64,000 nucleotides of DNA from Candidatus Poseidoniaceae archaeon (lineage in GTDB: Archaea > Thermoplasmatota > Poseidoniia > Poseidoniales > Poseidoniaceae). Position numbers and translations under genes: made by a program. Positions 58,079-64,000 of the stretch are shown one piece after another. The notes under the pieces were generated by a model that was not told the origin of the DNA, made no database searches, and saw only the letters and a program-made list of their open reading frames with translations. The stretch's first letter is position 1; each line of letters starts with the position of its first letter. The DNA lies in assembly GCA_949373235.1 (NCBI GenBank), contig CASICQ010000007.1, forward strand, positions 1,030 through 65,029. Reading direction: 5' to 3'.

Positions 58079-58420
58079 ATGGCCAATCCAGGGGATGCTG
58101 CATCCAAGTTGTTGCTCGGCACCGGGATTGGATTGTTGTTGATTGCTGGCTTTGGCTTGATTGAACAACGAATGAGCGTAGATGGGCTCAGCCTTGGCTG
58201 GCTTTTTGTTCTTCTCGGACTGATTTCTCTCGGGCTTGGAAAAACCCTTGATCGCAATTCAGGCCCCCTTTCACAAGCCTTTCCAGATGAAAGCGCTGAA
58301 CAACTTGCAGTGCGCGTCCGAAACGACATCAACACCTCGATCAAAGATGCAAGCGTTGGATCTGCTTGGGCTGTACTTGAAGCGAACGTGCTTGAACAAG
58401 AGTTGTCGCAAGAGGAATAA
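58079..58420 (+). CDS. small membrane protein
   Basis: Two TM helices. Confidence 0.35.
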   Translation: MANPGDAASKLLLGTGIGLLLIAGFGLIEQRMSVDGLSLGWLFVLLGLISLGLGKTLDRNSGPLSQAFPDESAEQLAVRVRNDINTSIKDASVGSAWAVLEANVLEQELSQEE

Positions 58421-58506
58421 ACGCTTCTTGTCATTGGTTTTTGTATCGCTCAAAGAGCGGTGACTTCATCTAAGGCAAGCCCGTCGATTGTATTGGGTGG
58501 AAAGAC

Positions 58507-58890
58507 ATGAGTCAAATTCCTGAAGAACTGTATTACACAAAAGAACACGAATGGATGCGCGTTGAAGGGGATGAAATCGTCATCGGCATTACAGATTACG
58601 CACAAGAGGCTTTGACAGATATTGTCTACATTGAACTCCCTGCAGAAGGCGAAGTGATGGAGGACATGGGTGAATTTGCAATTGTCGAGTCGGTCAAATC
58701 GGCCTCTCCTATTTTTGCTCCGCTTGCGGGCACCGTCGTGGCAGTCAACGAAGCACTGGAAGACGCCCCCGAATTGATGAACACCGATCCATACGGTGAA
58801 GGCTGGATTGTTCGAATGAAGTTGGATGCTCCTGAGGCAATCACCGCCATGATGAGCGCTGCAGACTACAAGGCTGAAATTGGCGAGTGA
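58507..58890 (+). CDS. gcvH: glycine-cleavage-system H protein-like lipoyl carrier
   Basis: Lipoyl-lysine context ESVKSAS; GcvH length and N-terminus (YTKEHEWMRVEGD). Confidence 0.8.
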   Translation: MSQIPEELYYTKEHEWMRVEGDEIVIGITDYAQEALTDIVYIELPAEGEVMEDMGEFAIVESVKSASPIFAPLAGTVVAVNEALEDAPELMNTDPYGEGWIVRMKLDAPEAITAMMSAADYKAEIGE

Positions 58891-59432
58891 CCCTCTTGAT
58901 GACTGGGCCGTGGACCATCTACGTCGATGGTTCGTGCTTAGGCAATCAAAACGTTGACGCTGATACTCCAGCCGCTTGGGCTGTCGTGGTTGTCAGTGGC
59001 GACAGTGGGCTTGGCAGAGGCAATGGTTCGCTGGTCGAAGAGTTCGCTGGGCATGTGATCACTCAGTCCGGCGTTGCAAATTTCATTGGAGCCGAAGTTG
59101 GTTCCAACAACACTGCGGAATTGACCGCCATTGCTGAAGCCCTGCGATGGCTGCTGACCGAAGGCGGAGGCAATGAAGCAATCATACGAGCCGATTCCCA
59201 ATACGCTGGCAACCTCGCGTCGGGTGCTTGGAAAGCGAAAGCAAACCGAGCGCTCGTCGCTCATGTTCAGGAATTATGGACGACCGTGAGTGGCTTGCGT
59301 CCGTTGTCGTGGGAACATGTGCGCGCCCACCGGGGCCACCGATGGAACGAACGCGCAGATCACTTGGCCCTTCGTAAGGCACAGAACGAAGCCCCGGCCC
59401 CGCTGTCATTCTGGAAACCTGGTCAGCGTTGA
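58887..59432 (+). CDS. rnhA: ribonuclease HI
   Basis: D-E-D-H-D catalytic set (YVDGSC, TNNTAELTA, IRADSQY, HRGHRWNERADHLA). GTGA overlap with gcvH. Confidence 0.8.
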   Translation: MTLLMTGPWTIYVDGSCLGNQNVDADTPAAWAVVVVSGDSGLGRGNGSLVEEFAGHVITQSGVANFIGAEVGSNNTAELTAIAEALRWLLTEGGGNEAIIRADSQYAGNLASGAWKAKANRALVAHVQELWTTVSGLRPLSWEHVRAHRGHRWNERADHLALRKAQNEAPAPLSFWKPGQR

Positions 59433-60319
59433 GCCAGCCGTTGCTCCAACCATGCCCTGAAATCGGAATTCAAGTCTTGGCGCCGAAGGGCGTGGTCAAC
59501 TTGGGCTTTCAACCAGGGGAGCGGTTTGCCTGAATCATACCACTGGTACCCGTTCAATTCCACACCGTACATACCACCGTTGTCCATCCAATGTTGCTGG
59601 AGAGCGATGGATTGTAACTCTCCATGGGTTTCGACATCATACGTGTCAAGCAACGCTGAGGCGTCGGAAGTGAACACGTACCGCCCACACAACACCAGGT
59701 TGGAGGGCGCCTCATCGACTGGTGGCTTCTCGACAATTTCTACGATCTTCGAACCCTCAAGTCGCACCACGCCGTAATTGCACACCTCGTCTGCCTCAAC
59801 AGGAAGCAACGCTGCGCACGGGCGGCCGTGCTGTTCGAAAGCGGCGACAAGGGTTGCGCTTGCATTTGAGGGGACAAAGTTGTCAAGTGTAGCGTGGGTG
59901 TCAATCAGTAAATTATCACCAAGCAAGACGAGAAAAGGACCGTCGATTGCATGAAGAGCGCTCTGGATGGCGTTGCCTAACCCAAGTGGAGTTTGTTGAA
60001 CATGGATCAAAACTTCGACGTCAGCGAAAGGGGCCAGAAGTGCGGTGTCAAGGTCTGGGCGCTTTTCCTTGAGCCATGAGTGGTCGCCAAGAAGATTTGA
60101 GAGGTCCTTGCGCGGTGAAGTCACAATATGCAGCCTTTTGACACCGGCTGCCTGTGCTTCCCGGGCAAGGTGGACAAGGGCCGGCACGTCGACGAGTGGA
60201 AGCGCTTCTTTTGGGACAGAGGCGCTGGTTGGGAGCATTCTGGTGCCGAGGCCACCCGCTACCAAGAGCGCATCTTGAATTGCCGCCATATCAGGTGGGT
60301 GGGTGGCACAGGCTTTCAA
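59423..60319 (-). CDS. UTP--glucose-1-phosphate uridylyltransferase-like nucleotidyltransferase
   Basis: LLVAGGLGTRMLP...PKE signature. Confidence 0.7.
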   Translation of the reverse strand: MKACATHPPDMAAIQDALLVAGGLGTRMLPTSASVPKEALPLVDVPALVHLAREAQAAGVKRLHIVTSPRKDLSNLLGDHSWLKEKRPDLDTALLAPFADVEVLIHVQQTPLGLGNAIQSALHAIDGPFLVLLGDNLLIDTHATLDNFVPSNASATLVAAFEQHGRPCAALLPVEADEVCNYGVVRLEGSKIVEIVEKPPVDEAPSNLVLCGRYVFTSDASALLDTYDVETHGELQSIALQQHWMDNGGMYGVELNGYQWYDSGKPLPWLKAQVDHALRRQDLNSDFRAWLEQRLAQR

Positions 60320-60342
60320 GCGTGGCCCTCCTACGCTGAGTC

Positions 60343-60762
60343 ATGGAGCGGACTCACCCCTGGCGCTGGCTAGCCGGACTCGGCGTCCTTGGTGTCGCAC
60401 AGGGTTTTGTCGACGTTGCCCCCCCTGGGCCTTGGGATTCAGCCTCGTTTACTCGAGGCGTAATCGGCCTATGCGGCATGGTTTGCCTTTACTTGGCTTG
60501 GTTCAGGTACACGTTTGACATCAATGGCGTGGCGCCAACGATGAATCGTTGGAAAGCACCTGACAAGAGTTGGCCTCTGGTGATTGGTTTTGGCGTTGGG
60601 TGCATGCTCGCTGTGAACATCGCAGCATGGCTTGGAGTTGATGCCTACCTTCCAGAGCCGACCGGCCTGTTGGGGATGCTTGTTGGGAGCTTGGCTGTGC
60701 TCAATGGGACCTACGTCGGCCTTGTCGTGCGAGGGCCGTTTCGAATTGAAGAAGAGGAATGA
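60343..60762 (+). CDS. 4-TM membrane protein
   Basis: Hydropathy only. Confidence 0.4.
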   Translation: MERTHPWRWLAGLGVLGVAQGFVDVAPPGPWDSASFTRGVIGLCGMVCLYLAWFRYTFDINGVAPTMNRWKAPDKSWPLVIGFGVGCMLAVNIAAWLGVDAYLPEPTGLLGMLVGSLAVLNGTYVGLVVRGPFRIEEEE

Positions 60763-60764
60763 CT

Positions 60765-62225
60765 TCAATCAAGGAAGCCAAGTTCCTGATCGATTTCTCC
60801 TTCTCCGTTGATGTCGCCGTCCAATAGATTCTCCACCGGAGGGCGCTCAGGAATGGTCGGTTGCTCCGCTTCTCCTGCGAGGTAGGCTTGCCAAGCAGCC
60901 AAGCGTTCTGGTCGGCGCAAACCGAGTGGCGTCCATAGCGGCTCGAGATTGCAACCCTGCTCAATAAAGTCCGCCAGTCGGGCGGCGAAATGATCGGGGG
61001 CAACCTCTTCCATACGCATCAGCAATTCGCGCATCCTTGTTCGAACAACCTCGTCGCCGTCGACCCAGAGCATGGGCAAAAGCCGGCGCTTGTCGTCAGG
61101 GAATTGCTCGAGGTAGTCGCGCAAGAAGGGCACTAAGTTGCGGCGCACAACCGGCAGTGGATGGCTTGACAATTCTGCCATGGTGTCTGCCCAAAGTTCG
61201 GCATCGAGGAAGCGGAGATCGCCCACCGTTGAGCTGGCGGCTGCCAAAACACCCTCGTCTTCGTCTTTGAGCATGGCTTCGAGAAACGGTACTGCGTCCC
61301 ATGTCAATCGCCTGAACAGCCGGGTCAGCACATCGGCCATGCCTCTGCGAATCAGCAGTTCTGTTCGGGTGTGGAGCCGTTGAGCAAGTGCAAGGCCCGC
61401 ATCACGGTCGTATTCAATGGCCTTGGCGAGGCACAAGCAAACGCGTGAAGCAACTTCTTGTTCAGGATCAAGCGCCCGGCGCATGAGAATTTGATCGATG
61501 TGCAACGGCTCAACGAGGTTGGGGCGTTCAAGCAAAAGACGCGCCCATTCCATCAACAGCAAACGGCGCTCAAGTGAGCCGTTTTCAAGGCGGGTGAGCA
61601 ACCAAACTGCCGCATTCACACCAACGTCATGGGTGACAACGCCCCCTTGGCGAGGCAACACAGCATGAGGGTTCCACTCCATCTGGTGAGGCCCTGCATC
61701 GGGTTGGGTGTGCCAAGTGCCGGGGCGTTCTGCCAAAGCAATTGATTCGACCAAGTGGTACCCTTGGTGCACCGATTGACCGCGCGGTTCAACGGCAAGC
61801 CCGTCAACAAGAGCGACCGCAAGCCACCAACGGTCAACGTTCGGTGCTTGTTGATCAAATGCCTGGGCCAACCAGTCGGTGGCAATAGCGAACAACAGTC
61901 GCTCAGCGACTTGAGGGACGCGCTTGTTGAGCCAGCGTTCATGGACTTCATACGGGTCGTCGCTGAGGTTCATCCGATGAGGGACAATCAGGTCAACAAC
62001 GGTGTTGAGGTTGCGTTCAAACATACCTCGATCGACTTGAAGAAGACCCACACCCTGCTCGATGATTGTTTGGGGAGAACTTGGTGGGCGCGCCGGGAAA
62101 TCTGGATCGGAGATCGGAGGGGCGGGCAAGGGCCACGATTGGGTGCCGCGTTCCAACGCGGCAACGAGCCCCTTTTCTACAGCCTCATAGGCGGATTCTG
62201 ACAAGCGATTACGCGGTTTACTCAT
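60765..62225 (-). CDS. HEAT/ARM-repeat protein
   Basis: Repeated helical hairpins with conserved D/R positions in the C-terminal two thirds. Confidence 0.5.
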   Translation of the reverse strand: MSKPRNRLSESAYEAVEKGLVAALERGTQSWPLPAPPISDPDFPARPPSSPQTIIEQGVGLLQVDRGMFERNLNTVVDLIVPHRMNLSDDPYEVHERWLNKRVPQVAERLLFAIATDWLAQAFDQQAPNVDRWWLAVALVDGLAVEPRGQSVHQGYHLVESIALAERPGTWHTQPDAGPHQMEWNPHAVLPRQGGVVTHDVGVNAAVWLLTRLENGSLERRLLLMEWARLLLERPNLVEPLHIDQILMRRALDPEQEVASRVCLCLAKAIEYDRDAGLALAQRLHTRTELLIRRGMADVLTRLFRRLTWDAVPFLEAMLKDEDEGVLAAASSTVGDLRFLDAELWADTMAELSSHPLPVVRRNLVPFLRDYLEQFPDDKRRLLPMLWVDGDEVVRTRMRELLMRMEEVAPDHFAARLADFIEQGCNLEPLWTPLGLRRPERLAAWQAYLAGEAEQPTIPERPPVENLLDGDINGEGEIDQELGFLD

Positions 62226-62261
62226 GACTCAGCCTCCAAGTTAAGGTGGTGTGCATTCGCC

Positions 62262-63188
62262 TCAAATATCGAGTTCGATGTTCAGGTTCTGAATCAGTTC
62301 CTTGTATCGATTTCGGATGGTAACCTCAGTCACGCCAGCCACTTCAGCAACTTCTCGCTGAGTGCGGCGCTTTCCGCACAACACAGAAGCGATGTAGATG
62401 ATTGAGGCTGCGATTCCGGTTGGACCGCGCCCGCTCGTGAGTTCCTTTTCTTGAGCTGCCTTGATCAATTCGTATGCCTTTGCTTCAACTTCAGCATCCA
62501 ATCCAAGACCCGAGCAGAATCTGGAGATGTAATCTTCAGGGCCGGTTGGCATGATTTTCATCTTCAGTTCTCGGACCATGAATCGGTAGGTGCGGCCGAT
62601 CTCCTTGCGGCCGGTTCTCGATGCTTGACCAATTTCGTCAAGGGTACGAGGCACACCGCATTGGCGGCAAGCAGCGTACAGGGATGCTGCAGCGACACCT
62701 TCGATTGAACGGCCTCGGATGAGGCGCTTGTCGACGGCTTTCTTGTAATTCACAGCGGCTGCTTCACGAACAGATTTTGGCAATTCGAGGCGGCTTGCCA
62801 TTCGGTCAAGTTCAGCCAAAGCCATGGCGAGGTTGCGTTCGGTTGCGTTGCTCACTCGGCTTCGCTTCTGCCACTTCCTCATTCGGTAGAATTGAGATCT
62901 GTAACGGGAATTGATGGTTTTTCCAGAGTAGTCTTTGTTTTGCCAATCGATGTCAGTGGACAATCCTTTGTCGTGGAGCATGACGGTCATTGGCGCACCG
63001 GTTCGGGCCCGTTGATCGCCTTGTTCTGGCGAGAACACTCGCCATTCTGCGCCCTGGTCAATGACGTTGTCTTCCAACACCAATCCACAGTCGTCGCAGA
63101 CCACTTCGCCACGGGTTTCGTCGCGGGTTAAGCTGCGACTTCCGCAGTCGCCGCACTTCACAATATCTTCTACTTGCTGTTCATCCAT
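62262..63188 (-). CDS. tfb: transcription initiation factor IIB (TFB)
   Basis: N-terminal Zn ribbon (CGDCGS...CDDCG), B-finger, and two cyclin folds with the TFB signature. Confidence 0.9.
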   Translation of the reverse strand: MDEQQVEDIVKCGDCGSRSLTRDETRGEVVCDDCGLVLEDNVIDQGAEWRVFSPEQGDQRARTGAPMTVMLHDKGLSTDIDWQNKDYSGKTINSRYRSQFYRMRKWQKRSRVSNATERNLAMALAELDRMASRLELPKSVREAAAVNYKKAVDKRLIRGRSIEGVAAASLYAACRQCGVPRTLDEIGQASRTGRKEIGRTYRFMVRELKMKIMPTGPEDYISRFCSGLGLDAEVEAKAYELIKAAQEKELTSGRGPTGIAASIIYIASVLCGKRRTQREVAEVAGVTEVTIRNRYKELIQNLNIELDI

Positions 63189-63393
63189 ATGTATCCCTCA
63201 TTTTGTCCCCTTGCCGAGCCCAATGCCCAACTCTTTAGGGAACCTTGATATAGTCGCCTTGACGATTGTATTTAAACTTTGACTGAATCATGTTTTCTAA
63301 TTCATTTTGATTCTTCCACATTCACATCATAAAAGGGCGGATTCTTTACTAAAAAGAGGGCCGCTGTGCAGTTCAAAGCGCATTGTATGCGCC

Positions 63394-63410
63394 CGAACCG
63401 ATTATATCCG
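63394..63410 (+). promoter_or_regulatory. candidate BRE/TATA (cgaaccg ATTATATCC) about 35 nt upstream of ATG 63441
   Basis: AT-rich TATA-like octamer with an upstream purine-rich element in the divergent tfb/leuD intergenic region. Confidence 0.3.
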
Positions 63411-63440
63411 CTTGGCTCATGAAGGGATTTGATGGGGAAG

Positions 63441-64000
63441 ATGCGAACAGAATGGCCCCCTCAAAAAGTCGCTTTATCTCCAGAAAAGCGGGTTTTATTC
63501 CTAACCAAGGACCTCAGCCTCATCAAGCAACAACTCTACGATGGTTTGGATCTAAGAATGGAAGATCTCACCGTTGACGATCTTTTGGATGACATCAACA
63601 CCGACGTCATGACTCCGGCGTGGGTATGTTTCGATCACGATCCTGCGGAAATTGCCAAAAACGCATACGCTGGACTGATGCACAATGGATTGAGGGTTTT
63701 CAATGAAAACGCACTGAAGAACGGAAATTTCGAAGTCATCGTTTCAGGCCAACGAAAGGGCACAGGATCTTCCAGAGAAACTGCTGCGCAGTGCGAACGC
63801 TGGGCTGGCATCAACATCGTTATTGCCGCCTCATTCGCTCCAATTCACGAACGCAACAACATCAATTTAGGCCAGCTAATGGGCGACCACGCCATGCTTG
63901 AAAGGCTGCAAAACGGGGAAGAGATTCCATTGGATTCATTCACCACTCAATACGATGACGTCACTCAAATTATCCTTGAAAAAGGCGGATTGTTTCCGTT
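63441..64000 (+). CDS. leuD: 3-isopropylmalate dehydratase small subunit-like (LeuD/aconitase swivel domain); 3' end beyond the window
   Basis: DDINTDVMTPA ... GTGSSRETAAQCERWAGINIVIAASFAPIHERNNINLG matches the LeuD signature. Open to the window end, so absent from the ORF track. Confidence 0.6.
   Translation, partial: MRTEWPPQKVALSPEKRVLFLTKDLSLIKQQLYDGLDLRMEDLTVDDLLDDINTDVMTPAWVCFDHDPAEIAKNAYAGLMHNGLRVFNENALKNGNFEVIVSGQRKGTGSSRETAAQCERWAGINIVIAASFAPIHERNNINLGQLMGDHAMLERLQNGEEIPLDSFTTQYDDVTQIILEKGGLFP

Overview
This 64 kb window reads as chromosomal DNA from an archaeon. Evidence is an archaeal TFIIB (TFB), Sec61beta, FEN-1, archaeal-type phosphopantothenate synthetase, THEP1 NTPase, a COG1658 small Toprim protein, a Trm11-like THUMP methyltransferase and an Lrp regulator. 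GC is about 57% and the strong GC3 bias is conserved. It also carries many bacterial-type metabolic genes: AceE-type pyruvate dehydrogenase E1, bifunctional RibD, CoA-transferase III, NadC, a LeuB/IDH-family dehydrogenase and a DAG-kinase-like lipid kinase. This mosaic is typical of marine planktonic Thermoplasmatota (Marine Group II/III-like); that assignment is inference only. Gene density is high and operon-like overlaps are frequent. Main blocks: (i) a lower-GC (about 43-48%) accessory stretch at about 1.7-6.1 kb holding a multiply frameshifted DUF2075 ATPase pseudogene, next to a frameshifted Rieske oxygenase gene; (ii) a tightly coupled heme-copper oxidase operon coxB-coxA-coxC-coxD followed by an unusually long SCO1 copper chaperone, with non-canonical N-terminal extensions on CoxA and CoxC; (iii) two tRNAs (Arg-TCG on plus, Ser-TGA on minus); (iv) two bacterial-style histone-H1-like nucleoid proteins (an Hc1-like and an HhH + Lys/Ala-repeat protein), the second next to a Xer-type tyrosine recombinase; (v) a large kexin-like subtilase with thrombospondin-type-3 repeats; (vi) a sugar-nucleotide/glycosylation cluster; (vii) a cluster of two tandem TerB-like proteins, an orphan Eco57I-family (gamma-class, NPPW) N6-adenine methyltransferase with no nuclease partner, and a THEP1 NTPase. 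No CRISPR array, rRNA or obvious transposase was seen. The TerB/methyltransferase cluster and the modified oxidase operon are the best candidates for uncharacterised biology. Protein family assignments rest on motif recognition from memory and need HMM/structure-based confirmation.
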